Assembly (NCBI GenBank): GCA_964016885.1
Contig: OZ024740.1
Location: 310,001-374,000, forward strand
Origin: Eledone cirrhosa
Taxonomy: Eukaryota
Length of the DNA: 64,000 bases
Reading direction: 5' to 3'
The stretch's first letter is position 1. The number at the start of each line of letters is the position of its first letter. Under the pieces are notes generated by a model. The model was not told where the DNA came from and did not search any database. It saw only the letters and a list, made by a program, of their open reading frames with translations. This document shows positions 26,483 through 39,638 of this stretch, one piece after another. Position numbers and translations under genes: made by a program.

Positions 26483-28924
26483 ATGGAAAAACAATATTTA
26501 GGAACCTCCTTAAAAAACATACCAATACCTTCTAAGGACGACTTCTTACTCCTTATGATTCAGAAAACTAATAATTTTATCAGAAGGGTTAGATGGAGAG
26601 CCTACCACTTCGATAGAAAATCTAAAAAGGCAGATCGGAAATATATGTTTGATTTCAACACTTACAAGAATCCACCACACAACTTTTTACTTGAAGACTT
26701 CGAGAAAGACCTTTTTAATTTAATTAAACACCTCAAATTTAAAAAGTATAAATCCGTCTTTCAAAAGGACCTTGATTCTACCCTATTGGACCTAAAAAAG
26801 TCTAAAAAAATCCATGTCCACTCGGACAAAACTGGTAACTTGTATCATATGGATATTGAACATTATAATGAGTTCATATATAAAGAACTCAGAAAAAATT
26901 ATAAAAAATCTAATAATGTGTCACTCACCAACATCAACAACAAAACACACAACATAGTAAAAAAACTAAATATTGAAGATAGAACTGAACCTTTGGCATT
27001 GAAAAGACCACACTTCAACCTGAAAGATCACAAATCTAACTTTAACTCTAATCCTTCTATTAGACTTATATGTCCCTCCAAATCAGATATTGGAATAATT
27101 AGCAAAAAAATTTTAGATAGAGTCATCCCACAAATAAGAAAATACGTTATTTTACCACTCTGGGAAAACACCTCCCAGGTAATTAATTGGTTTAAAAATA
27201 TTAGGTGTAAATCTTCTGCTTCTTTCCTACAATTTGATATAGATAATTACTATTCTTCTATATCACCCATACTCCTGAACAAAGCATTAATATTTGCTAA
27301 AAATAGATCTAATTTAACTTCGGATGACATTAACATTATTACACATGCTAGACAAACACTTATTGAATTTCAGAATGAATACTGGACCAGAAACACATAC
27401 AGTAATCTTTTTGATATTACTATGGGTTCAAGCGATTCCGCCCAAATTACTGATCTTGTGGGCCTCTTTCTCCTTTTCAACATAAATGCCTCTTTTCCCC
27501 ACCTCAAAGGTGGTTTATATCGTGATGACTGTCTTCTTCTTTCTAACAACATTAGCCTTTCAGAAATCGAAAAAAACAAAAAGCATATTAGAACTTTCCT
27601 TAAAGACTATTATAATCTTAATATTACTTTTGAAAAAACAAGTAAAGTAGTAAATTTCCTAGATATAACTTTAGATTTAGCTACGGGTATATACCAACCT
27701 TACCATAAACCTAACCAAAACTTACATTACATACACTCACAATCTAATCACCCTAAATCTATCCTTAAAAACCTTGCATATAATATATCACTTAGAATTT
27801 CTAACCTTTCTTCTAACCAAGATGTATTTGATAAAAATGCGACCTTTTATAATGAAGCTCTAGATAGAAGTGGCCACAAAAATAGATTAGAGTATATACC
27901 TTCTACTAAAAATACTGAAAGCATACAGCATAATATTACCAACAAACACCAAATGAAAAGTACACACCTAAATGCCACCCACAGTATACCCCAAAATACT
28001 AAATCTTCTAATATAAAGTATAGTAACCCTCAAAAAACTACTCATCATACAACTATAATAAATATTAATAATAAAACTCCAAATAAAAAAGATAAAACAC
28101 CTAAATCTACAAATATAACTAAAAATAGTTGTGGTGAGATCATTAACATTAATCCTCCTAGTAAAAATCATGATACAACATATAAAAATAATAAAAATAA
28201 TAAACAACATAGAAACCGTAATAGACGAGTTACTTGGTATAATGCTCCTTTTAATTTACAAGTTAAGGATAATATTGCTAAAAAATTTTTTTATATCCTT
28301 GAGAAAAACTTCCCGCCAAACCACAAATACCATCAAATCTTAAATAGGTCTACAGTTAAATTCTCATACTCTACAACAAATAACATAAAACAAAATATAA
28401 GTGCATATAATGCATATAAATGTAAGAAAACCATAAGTATACCACCAGTACATCAAATTAACAATAATATCTCCTCAAATACAGAATTAACGAAAGGATG
28501 TAACTGTAGAAACAAAACAAACTGCCCATTAAAAGGGAATTGTCTTGTTAACAACATAGTCTATAAATGTAATGTTAAAACTAAAGATTCTATTTGCTCA
28601 TATATAGGAGCTACCTCTAACAATTTTAAGACAAGGTATAATACCCACAAACATAGCTTTAAAAATGCCGCACTGGCTAATACAACATCTCTAGCAGAAA
28701 AAATCAATAGTTATAAAAATAAAAATATAAAATATGATTTGACCTGGAGTGTGCTCAAAAGAGCCACCCCTTATCAAAATAATAGAAAGGAATGTAGATT
28801 ATGTTCCCAAGAACTATTTGAAATAATGAAGTCTAGGGATATCTTATTAAGTAAAAGACAGGAATTAATTATATCGTGTAATCATAAACTAAAAAAAACA
28901 TTTAAATATTATAAACCTAATTAA
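26483..28924 (+). CDS. Penelope-like RT + GIY-YIG endonuclease (Naiad-type), 813 aa from the first ATG
   Basis: SDKTGN, QFDIDNYYSSI, TMGSSDSAQITDLVG, LYRDD, FLDITLDL, YIHSQSNHP; CxCx5Cx5C linker (CNCRNKTNCPLKGNC); IVY..SYIG..FKTRYNTH; CRLC. Confidence 0.95.
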   Translation: MEKQYLGTSLKNIPIPSKDDFLLLMIQKTNNFIRRVRWRAYHFDRKSKKADRKYMFDFNTYKNPPHNFLLEDFEKDLFNLIKHLKFKKYKSVFQKDLDSTLLDLKKSKKIHVHSDKTGNLYHMDIEHYNEFIYKELRKNYKKSNNVSLTNINNKTHNIVKKLNIEDRTEPLALKRPHFNLKDHKSNFNSNPSIRLICPSKSDIGIISKKILDRVIPQIRKYVILPLWENTSQVINWFKNIRCKSSASFLQFDIDNYYSSISPILLNKALIFAKNRSNLTSDDINIITHARQTLIEFQNEYWTRNTYSNLFDITMGSSDSAQITDLVGLFLLFNINASFPHLKGGLYRDDCLLLSNNISLSEIEKNKKHIRTFLKDYYNLNITFEKTSKVVNFLDITLDLATGIYQPYHKPNQNLHYIHSQSNHPKSILKNLAYNISLRISNLSSNQDVFDKNATFYNEALDRSGHKNRLEYIPSTKNTESIQHNITNKHQMKSTHLNATHSIPQNTKSSNIKYSNPQKTTHHTTIININNKTPNKKDKTPKSTNITKNSCGEIININPPSKNHDTTYKNNKNNKQHRNRNRRVTWYNAPFNLQVKDNIAKKFFYILEKNFPPNHKYHQILNRSTVKFSYSTTNNIKQNISAYNAYKCKKTISIPPVHQINNNISSNTELTKGCNCRNKTNCPLKGNCLVNNIVYKCNVKTKDSICSYIGATSNNFKTRYNTHKHSFKNAALANTTSLAEKINSYKNKNIKYDLTWSVLKRATPYQNNRKECRLCSQELFEIMKSRDILLSKRQELIISCNHKLKKTFKYYKPN

Positions 28925-30692
28925 TAACATTATTCTAGAATTTAATTTAATTTAAATGTTAGTTAACCTATAAATTTAATTTAATTAATATTTTATTACA
29001 GATGAGAAAATATTATGTAATCATAAATTTTGAAAAACCTTTAAATATTACTAATATATACTCAGTAATTTAATTTATAGATTAATTTTAATTTATTTTA
29101 ACCTTTTATTATAATTTTTTTTTTTTTTTTTTTTATTATAATTCTTTTACAGATAAAATATAACAAAATAATATCATGTATCCAATGACGGAGAAAGAAT
29201 TTTTAGTATTATAGACCTAATTAATATACATTTTGGAAATATATTTATTATTTGGTTTTAGTTTTAATCAACCTAAAACTTTAATTTTAATTTGCTTAAG
29301 ATTAGTATCCTTGTGCAGACGAATTGCAGAATGTCATGTAATCATAGAATGGGATGTGTTTTGGATATATACCTAGTTAATATATTCTGTGCAATTTTTT
29401 GAAAAAGATATGTATATCTATATGTATATGTATATGTGTGTGTTGTGTATGTGTATCTGTATGTATGTTTATGTGAGTATATATGTATATATGTGTATAT
29501 ATATGTATATATATATATATATGTGTGTATATGTATATATATGTGTATGTGTATGTATATGTATATGTATGCGTATTAATTTTGATTTTTATTTGCATAT
29601 AATTATATTATGCTATTGATGAAATATAATATCTGCTTTATGTATTGTATACCTAATTAACATATACTAATTAACGTATACTATTGAAATAAATATATAA
29701 TTTTTAATTTAGTTAACATATAATTTATATGCTACTACCGATGTAATACTTTATTTTATTTTTATTTGGGTTTCTTTTCCCTATTACTAAATTCATCTCC
29801 TAATATTGATACCATAACGTTATTAACTTTAATTTAGTTATAATGTAATTAATAATCTACTACTGTTTGACTTCATAATTCTGCTTCAAATATTATAAAC
29901 CTAACTAATTTACACCTTGGAAATCAATATGTTGACTATCTTTGGTTTAGTTAACATATGATTAATGGTATACTTTTTTGTTTTGAGATGCATAGATTTC
30001 GTATTTCCTAGCACTGAAATTATGTAAGAACATACATTGAATTAAGATACGGAAAATATTATATGTTTCTTGAAACATATATTTACTTTGATCCCCTTCT
30101 CCAAACCCCCCCTTTCCCCCATACTATTATCATCTGTTTTTGTAAGCGTATATGTATGAATATATGTGTAGGTGGGTGTCTATATAGGTTTTGGTATTTA
30201 TTTCTAAATATAAAAATACATATATGAGCATGTAAATATGAATGTAAGATTGAGTGTGTATATATGATTGTACATACATATGTGTGTATATATATGTATA
30301 TATATGTATTATATATGTATGTGTATGTGAATGTGTGGTATGTATATGTGTATGTATATGTATATATGTGTATGTATGTGTATGCTTGTATGTAGGAATA
30401 TATATATGTGTATATATGTATGTATATGTATATGCGTCTTTGTATGTATGTGTATATGGGTTCTGTATATATTTGTATGTCTCTCTATTTATATGTTTAT
30501 CTTCGTATCTATGTGATATATGTGTGTGTGTGTGCACGTATGCATATGTATGTGTTTGTGTGTGTTTGTATGTGTGTGTGTGTATATATATGTGTATTTG
30601 CGCACACTCACATACACATATATATATATATATATATGTGAGTGTGTATGTGTGTCTGTGTGCGTGTGTGTGTGTGTATGTGTATATATATG

Positions 30693-30764
<72 letters not shown>

Positions 30765-30876
30765 GGTGTCTATGTGTGAATATATGTCTTTATTCGTATG
30801 TGTGTATTTATGTATGTATATATTTATGTGTATGTATGTATGTGTATGTATGTGTGTATATGTATATATATATATG

Positions 30877-30915
<39 letters not shown>

Positions 30916-31253
30916 TATTCTTTATTATTATTGTAATATAACTTATGTGTATATGTGTATAAGTGAGGTTGTGTATGTATATATACTATGTGTATATATA
31001 AGAGTAATGAAATATATATATATATATATGTATGTGCATGTCTGTTTTTTATGTGTGTGTATATATATATGTATATATGTATGTGTATATATATATATAT
31101 ATATATGTGTACGTGTGTGTATGTGGATATATGTATATATATATATATATATACATGTGGGTGTTTGTATGTGTATTTATGGTGGTATAAGTGTGTGGAT
31201 ATATATGTTTATATATATATATATGTATATGTATATATATATATATGAGTCTA

Positions 31254-31314
<61 letters not shown>

Positions 31315-31788
31315 GTATGTGTATGTATGTGTGTGTGTATGTATATATATGCGTGTGTATGTATGTGTGTATATATATATATCTCTATTAATGCGTGTGT
31401 GTATGTATATACATATGCGTTTTTTTATTTTTATTTTTTATTATTATTTTCATTTGTATGTCTGGGTTTGGTGAGGTGGTATTGTTTTTTATGTGTATAC
31501 ACTTAGATGGAAGCGTATGTATTTATTTATATGAGTATGAGTAGGTACATATGTATGTATGATTATATATCTAATTCTATGTATGAAGGTACATCTATAT
31601 ATATATATATATATATGTGTATGCGTGTGTATGTAAGTTGTGTGTGTATGTATCTTTATGTCTATGTGAGTGTATATATATATATATATATATGTATATC
31701 GATGTGCGTATATGTATGTACATGTATATGCATGTATGTGTGTATGTATGTGTATGTATATTTAGATGTATGAGTATGTATGTGTATG

Positions 31789-31843
<55 letters not shown>

Positions 31844-32664
31844 ATATATATATATATGGATATATATCTTTATTATCTATTTTTTATATATATGTGTATG
31901 TGTGTATGTGTTGCGCGTGTGTGTGTGTGTATTTATATCTTTTTATATGTGTATGTGTATGTTCGTGTAAATGTATGTGTGTGTATGACTGTATAGGTAT
32001 GTGTGTATGTATGTATGTGTAAGTATCTCTATGTGCGCGTACATGTATGTATGTGTATGTATATCTGTATGTGTATGTACATTATATTATATTCATTATA
32101 TTTTATTGTTTTTATTTTTTTATTTTTCTTAATTTATAGATACATTTATATTAGGCAGTCTGGTCTGACAATCTAATACTGACCCCTCCCCCCCCCTCCC
32201 ACCTAATTTCTGTATCTTGATCTTGAAATGTGTGTGCCAGTGTTTTATGTGAGTGACTTAATTTCTATTTGCTTATGATTTTATATCCACATATATAAAT
32301 GTGAGTGGGGGAGTGTGTGTGTTTGTATGTTCGTGGTTATGTGTATATTTATGCATATACGCACATGTATGTGTGATTATACTGATATGTGTGAGTATGA
32401 AAAAAATATATTTATATGCTTGACTCCATAAGTATCATTGCGTATCTTATCAGCGCATTAAGCTTACAGAGATATTAACCTTGAAATTTTGTGTTTGCAT
32501 CCATCTTTTTAGTATGCACATACAAATTATACACACATTATTGTAAAATATGTGTAAGGTTTTTACATGTATATACACACACCAAACTGCTTTTAACCCT
32601 TTGTGTTTTCATTGGTCAATTTTGAACTGATATTTTGAATTGTTGTTATTATCAATAAATATAC

Positions 32665-32819
32665 TTCATTATTTCTGAAGACGGCGTATATATGAGTTAG
32701 GTATGTATATTTAATCTTGATAATTTGTATAATTTTGTATAATTTTGTACATAGATCTGTTAAATATGCATACCAATTATAACACATATATACCCTAGAA
32801 ACGATCGTTAAATAGTGAA
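32665..32819 (+). ncRNA. Type I hammerhead ribozyme in the 3' pLTR
   Basis: Identical to 25985-26139. Confidence 0.8.
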
Positions 32820-32870
32820 CTTTTTTTGTTTAATATAAGGAATTGTTTGTTCATTATTTGTTTAATATTT

Positions 32871-32873
<3 letters not shown>

Positions 32874-32940
<67 letters not shown>

Positions 32941-32956
32941 AATATATATATATATA

Positions 32957-33007
<51 letters not shown>

Positions 33008-33027
33008 TATATATATATAATATATAT

Positions 33028-33059
<32 letters not shown>

Positions 33060-33078
33060 ATATATATATATATATATA

Positions 33079-33116
<38 letters not shown>

Positions 33117-33143
33117 ATATATATATATATATATAATATATAT

Positions 33144-33175
<32 letters not shown>

Positions 33176-33255
33176 ATATATATATATATATATAATATAT
33201 ATATATATATATAATATATAATATATATATATATATAATATATAATATATAATAT

Positions 33256-33287
<32 letters not shown>

Positions 33288-33407
33288 ATATATATATATA
33301 TATATAATATATATAATATATATATATATATATAATATATATATATATATATAATATATATATATAATATATATATATAATATATATATAATATATATAT
33401 ATATAAT

Positions 33408-33441
<34 letters not shown>

Positions 33442-33443
33442 AT

Positions 33444-33504
<61 letters not shown>

Positions 33505-33596
33505 TATATAATATATATATATAATATATATATATATATAATATATATATATATATTATATATATATAATATATATATATAATATATATATATAAT

Positions 33597-33628
<32 letters not shown>

Positions 33629-33683
33629 ATATATATATAATATATATATATATATAATATATATATAATATATATATATATAT

Positions 33684-33736
<53 letters not shown>

Positions 33737-33770
33737 TATAATATATATATATAATATATATAATATATAT
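32874..33770. repeat. (TA)n array with AA interruptions
   Basis: Direct inspection. Similar arrays at 20526-20905, 39205-39638, 44918-45296, 45650-46759 and 47511-48303. Confidence 0.95.
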
Positions 33771-34727
33771 ACTAGACATGAAAAATGCGCAAGCTCAAAA
33801 GTGCCACAGAATGTTATAATAAACCTTCAAAAGTGTGGGACTAGAGTTGTTGCTAAAAAATATTGTAATCATTATATATCGTACATTCTGTGGCATCCTT
33901 TATAAAAATAGCTTAAACCAACGAAGCCTTTATTTTTACGCTATTTCACTTAGTTAATTCTTAGAGTGTAACATATAAAAATATGATTTACAACTATAAA
34001 ATAAATTAATTAATATAATAACAGAGCTGCGGAGCTGAAATTTAGGAAATAATGGAGTATCGGATCCTGAGTTGGAGCCAGTCAATTTTTAGCCGACTCC
34101 GCAGCCCTGTATAATACATTTCATATTAAAGTTACTAATAAACCTATTTTACACTGCATGCAAATTACCATGAGATATTGATATTAGATATAAGATACAG
34201 CGCAATATCTACAGCTGTAAAAGTACGAAAGCGAAGTAATAATAAGTGGCTTAAGGTAATTCCAATATGAAAGTTTGTAGTGATAAAAATTTGATAATGC
34301 AATACGATTGTTAATATTATAGTTCTATGAAAATGTAACAATAGATAACTAAATTATTTTACTATTAGTATATTTAAGAAATTATCATTATAGATTTGAT
34401 CGTTCATATAAGCATCATATTAATTTTCAACACAATTATTTTGTTACTATGAGTATATGATAATAATATTACGTAATTATTTATAGCTGCTATTACATTA
34501 AACATAGATGTATTTATTTTTATATGTTACACTCTAAGAATTAACTAAGTGAAATAGCGTAAAAATAAAGGCTTCGTTGGTTTAAGCTATTTTCATAAAG
34601 GATGCCACAGAATGTACGATATATAATGATTACAATATTTTTTAGCAACAACTCTAGTCCCACACTTTTGAAGGTTTATTATAACATTCTGTGGCACTTT
34701 TGAGCTTGCGCATTTTTCATGTCTAGT
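33771..34727. repeat. 213-bp inverted repeat (33771-33983 / 34515-34727), one mismatch
   Basis: Direct reverse-complement comparison; no clear TSD. Confidence 0.9.
34022..34109. mobile_element. Tiny hAT-like MITE
   Basis: Ends cagagctgcggag / ctccgcagccctg; 8-bp flanks tataataa / tataatac. Confidence 0.55.
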
Positions 34728-35284
34728 TTAATATTTTTTTAAGGCAACGCTTGTAATAACTCTAGTTAAAGAGGATATATATTAATAATAAATTATCGTT
34801 GTAATGTAATTAGATTATGTAATTGTTATTATAAATTATCTTATAAATATTAGTGTAAGATGTATAAAAATATTTTCAGACTTTTAATATAAACAACTAC
34901 AAAAAACAATCAATATTAAATCAATATATTATACATAATAGAAGACATAAAATAAACAATACAAATACAAAATATTTACATACAATTGCAATTATCAGTG
35001 TATATACATTTTCTTTATATTCCCTGAGCAAATTAATAAGATTTGTTTTTATTGTACATAATTTGATGACTTGTTGGTGTGTATTAAAAGATAGCAACAA
35101 TTTGTGATTAAATTGTTATCTTAAGCAACTCACTTTTTAATAGTTGTTGGCTGAGCGAAATTGTAAAAGCCTATGAGCAAATATAAAAAAAAATACACAA
35201 ACAACATTTCCTTGTGTTATTACAACATTAGATAAAATAATTGAGCAATGCCGTTATATTTTGCTCTTATTGCACATTAATAGT

Positions 35285-35450
35285 GTTTCTATTTTTCGGC
35301 ACAAATCCATTACGGCAGTCCATTACTGGTACTTTATTTTATCGAATTAGTAAGTATGAAAGTCGAAGTTAACCTCGGCAGGATTTGAACTTAGAATGCA
35401 AAGGACCATAACAATACTGCAAAGCATGGTGTCTGACGCTCTACCAATAC
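35285..35450 (-). mobile_element. SINE family 2, diverged (further fragments at ~38055-38105, 49865-49965, 50050-50115)
   Basis: tactggtactttattttatcga..gttaacctcggcaggatttgaac. Confidence 0.75.
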
Positions 35451-35953
35451 TTGTGTTGAGCTGGTCATTAATATATGGTGGTCGTGCGTGGAGTAGAGCA
35501 ATCGCTAGTTGAAATATTATGAACAAAACATTTTTATTTGCCGAAGAACATATTTTCAATATTGTTTGTGAATGTGACGAAGGAAATACATTCTGATATG
35601 GAACAGTGTACAAAGTGTGTCTGTGAATAACATAATGTTACCTCATGTTGTTGTCAAGACATAATGGATTTCGTTTATCCAGTTAGAAGATGAAACCTAG
35701 CCATCTCGGATTAGTTATATTTCATGCCATGTGTAAACGTGTTTGAGGATAGCAAAATATGCGTGTTTCTTGTCTGGAAACTTTCTGGTAAACAAATTTG
35801 TTTCAGTATATATTTAATATAATATTAATATATTTTGTAATATTATTAACTAATTATTATAATTAGCGCTTCAGGCTTTGTCTATATACTGAAACAAATT
35901 TGTAAGTCATTACCTAATTAAACTCTTTGCTTGAAATTTTATCATTCTTCGTT

Positions 35954-37590
35954 TCATCATCATCATCATCACCGTTTTACGTCCGTTCTTCCACGCTAGC
36001 ATGGGTTAGACGGGTTGTCCTGTTGTGGGCAGTGTCTGGTCGGCTGACCATGCCTTGCTCATACAGGAACTGATCTGGCTTGATTTCTACAGCTGGATGC
36101 CCTTCCTAACACCAACCTCATTTACAGTGAGTGCTGGGTGCTTTTTCGTGGCGCCTACACGTCCACTTTACAGTGTGGGCTGGGTGCTTTTTTGCCGTGG
36201 CACCTCCACGACCACCTTGCGGGGGGGGTGGGGGGGGGGGCATATTGTTTATATGCTTCAGCATGTACCCATGGGAGGTCGGGTACCCTGTATTACTGCG
36301 TGACGCCAGAAGTCACGGTCGTGTGTCATTGACTTTGAGAGGTGTAGTTGGGTAAGGTCGGCTTTTATCACCTCATCCCAAGTCATCTTGGGTCTCCCCA
36401 CTCCGCGGTTTCCATCAACTTCTAGTGCTCTGCACCTTTTTATGCAGCTGTCATCCTTCATACGCATCACATGTCCATACCAGCGTAACCGCCTCTCCTG
36501 CACGCAGCATTTGATTCCTCTTATGCTCAGTCTCTCTCTCAATTCATTTATGCTTTGTCGTTCACGTATATTACTGTTACACATCCATCGGAGCATGCAG
36601 GCTTCGTTTCTCTCTAATCTACGTAAGTCTTCCACCTTCAGCGCCCAGGTCTCACTACCATGCAACATCGCTGTTCGGATACACGCATCATACAGTCTGC
36701 CTTTCATTCTGAGGGAGAAGCCTTTTGCAGCTAGCAGTGGTAGTAGTTCCCTAAACTTCTTCCATCCCGTTCTTACCCTAGTTATTGTACTTTCTGAGCA
36801 CCCACCTCCGTTGCTAATTCGGTCACCTAGGTAGCAGAAGCTGTCTACTGTTTCTACAGGGCCCTCCCAGAGATTGGTGGTACTTGTTTCCTGTGGCTGT
36901 TTGCTTGCTGTTTCAGCACAGCTGCTGCATGTGAATCCTACATTCTTAATTAAGCTTCCTGAGATCCCGCTACATCTCTTGTGTACCCATTGTTTGCATT
37001 TGGGGCAAAGAATGGAGTTCCTACCTACACCTTTCCTACATACTGAGCAAGGCCATTTCCCTGAGGGGATCTGGGTTCTGTTTTCTCGTCTACTTATAAG
37101 GACCTTAGTCTTTGTCATGTTGACTTTGAGGCCCTTTCTCTCTAGTCCCTGCTTCCAGGTTTGGAATTTATTCTCTAGTTCTACCATAGATTCAGCTATG
37201 AGTGCGAGGTCATCAGCATACAGGAGTTCCCATGGGCATCCGGTCTTAAACTCCTCCGTTATTGCCTGCAGGACTATGATGAACAGGAGAGGGCTAAGAA
37301 CAGAGCCCTGGTGGACCCCAACCTGTACGCTAAATTCCTCGCTATACTCATTGCCAATCCTAACTTTGCTGACTGCTCCCCTATACATGGCTTGTACCGC
37401 TTTCACAAGCCATTCATCTACTCCTAGTTTTCTAAGAGCCCACCAGATTACTGCACGTGGAACTCTGTCAAAGGCTTTCTCAAGGTCGACAAATGCCAAG
37501 TAGAGTGGCTTACTTTTAGCTAGGTACTTTAGCTAGGTACTTTAGCTAGGTACTTTAGCTAGGTACTTTAGCTAGGTACTTTAGCTAGGT
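35954..37590 (-). mobile_element. RTE family A, 5'-truncated young copy ending in a 13-bp tandem reiteration
   Basis: ORF 36258-37499 near-identical to 14735-15968; (tttagctaggtac)x~6 at 37516-37590. Confidence 0.95.
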
Positions 37591-37591
37591 C

Positions 37592-37671
<80 letters not shown>

Positions 37672-38465
37672 AGAGAGAGAGAGATTTATCTAGTCCTTCG
37701 CTCAAGATTAATCTATAAGTTTAGATGTCTGCTTTCGTTTAAGTAAATATTACAGTAAGATTTTTAATATAAACAACTACAAAAAACAATTAATATTAAA
37801 ACGAAAAAATTATCAATGATAAAAGAAGCGGATGCAACTTTTTTTTTTATAAAGTTATATTCCTGTTTCTTTAAAGAACATTTCATTTTTGTTCTATTGT
37901 AGGCGAAATAATGCAATGGTTTAATAGGGAAGATATAACTTACCAATTATGTCTCTAACCGTGTAACGCTTTTTAAGTAGATAACTACAATTGAAAATAC
38001 TAAAGAAATGGAACCAACAATTCAATTGGAAAGTCGTCTACTTATAGTGACAGTGTATTACTGGTACTTTATTTTATCGACCCCGTAACGATGAAAGGCA
38101 AAAATGCAAATGCTTAAAATTTAAATTGCCTTAATTCTATCGTCTGCTGTTTCATTAAAGGGAGATTCTCGTCTGTATTTAATTCTATCGTCTACTGTTC
38201 CACTAAACAGATATACCTCCACTATCGTCTCTATTTATACATTTTAACTTATAACTTATACACATTTGATTTGAAATATTTTATCTAGTCCCCCCTCTCA
38301 ATATTATGATGATTTCTTTCGAATGAAACAGTTCTAGTCCTGTAGAAGCCATTTATATATATAATTGAACTGAGTTAAAAATTCACAATATTTATAATTA
38401 AATAAGCTCATATATATATGTGTGTATTTATCTGTTTATTGTATTATATATAATGTGTGTATATA

Positions 38466-38540
38466 CAGGATGTCCCCCCAAAATATATACACACTTCAAC
38501 AGCATTCTAATAACTATTGCCTGTACAGGTAATCAAAGTG
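38466..38540 (+). mobile_element. Tc1/mariner-like end fragment (related piece at ~58220-58272)
   Basis: TA-caggatgtcccc..aaaat.tatacacact..cctgtacaggtaat in both places. Confidence 0.4.
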
Positions 38541-38739
38541 TCAATCGAATGTTAGTTTCGTGTTTTAACAGTACAAATTTACAATACACACATAAAACCA
38601 GTGTATATACATACATGAGTGTGTATACACATACATGAATGTGTATATACAATATATATGTATATATATATAGACACATATATTCACGGTGCAACGGAAC
38701 ATTAAAATATAGATGCGGGAGGGGGGGGGGGGTATATAT

Positions 38740-39022
38740 AGGGGCGCTGGGGATAAAGGAGTGTAAAGCGTGTGTAATTGATATATTGAAGGAGAGGAGC
38801 GTGCAGCGATAGAGTAACAAATATATAGAGAGGGGGAGAGATGGTATTGAAGGGGAGGAGTGCAAAGCGAAAGAGTAAGAGAGATATATATAGAGACGGA
38901 ACAGATAGAGAGAAACAGGCGTAAGTAACAGTGGAAGAGATATATAGAGAGGGGGAAATGTGTTATTGAAGGGGAGGAGTGTAAAGCGAAAGCGTAAGAT
39001 ATATATAGAGAGAGGGGGAATA

Positions 39023-39025
<3 letters not shown>
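38740..39025. repeat. GA-rich diverged tandem repeat
   Basis: tattgaagg.gaggag.gt..a.gcga recurs three times. Confidence 0.6.
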
Positions 39026-39056
<31 letters not shown>

Positions 39057-39452
39057 ACTTACTCTGATTGGTTGAAAATTAGCCAATGACATACGATCAC
39101 CACCACCACGGCTATCCCCGAAAAATTTATGAAGAAGCTAGGCATATATGTTAGAACACGAAAAGTGAACATTCTGTTGTTTCACACTTTTCGTGTTCTA
39201 ACAGATATAATATATATATATAATATATATATAATATATATATATATAATATATATATATATAATATATATATATATAATATATATAATATATATATAAT
39301 ATAATATATATATAATATATATATATATATAATATATATATATATAATATATATATAATATAATATATATATAATATATATATATATATAATATATATAT
39401 ATATAATATATATATATATAATATATATATATATAATATATATATATATAAT

Positions 39453-39505
<53 letters not shown>

Positions 39506-39524
39506 TATATATAATATATAATAT

Positions 39525-39558
<34 letters not shown>

Positions 39559-39560
39559 AT

Positions 39561-39607
<47 letters not shown>

Positions 39608-39638
39608 TATATATATAATATATATATAATATATTTTT

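Larger units (their letters stand above)
25779..32873 (+). mobile_element. Full-length Penelope-like element (Naiad-type) with direct pseudo-LTRs, unit length 6680 bp
   Basis: pLTR 25779-26193 repeated at 32459-32873; intact RT-EN ORF; ends in (TA)n. Confidence 0.95.
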
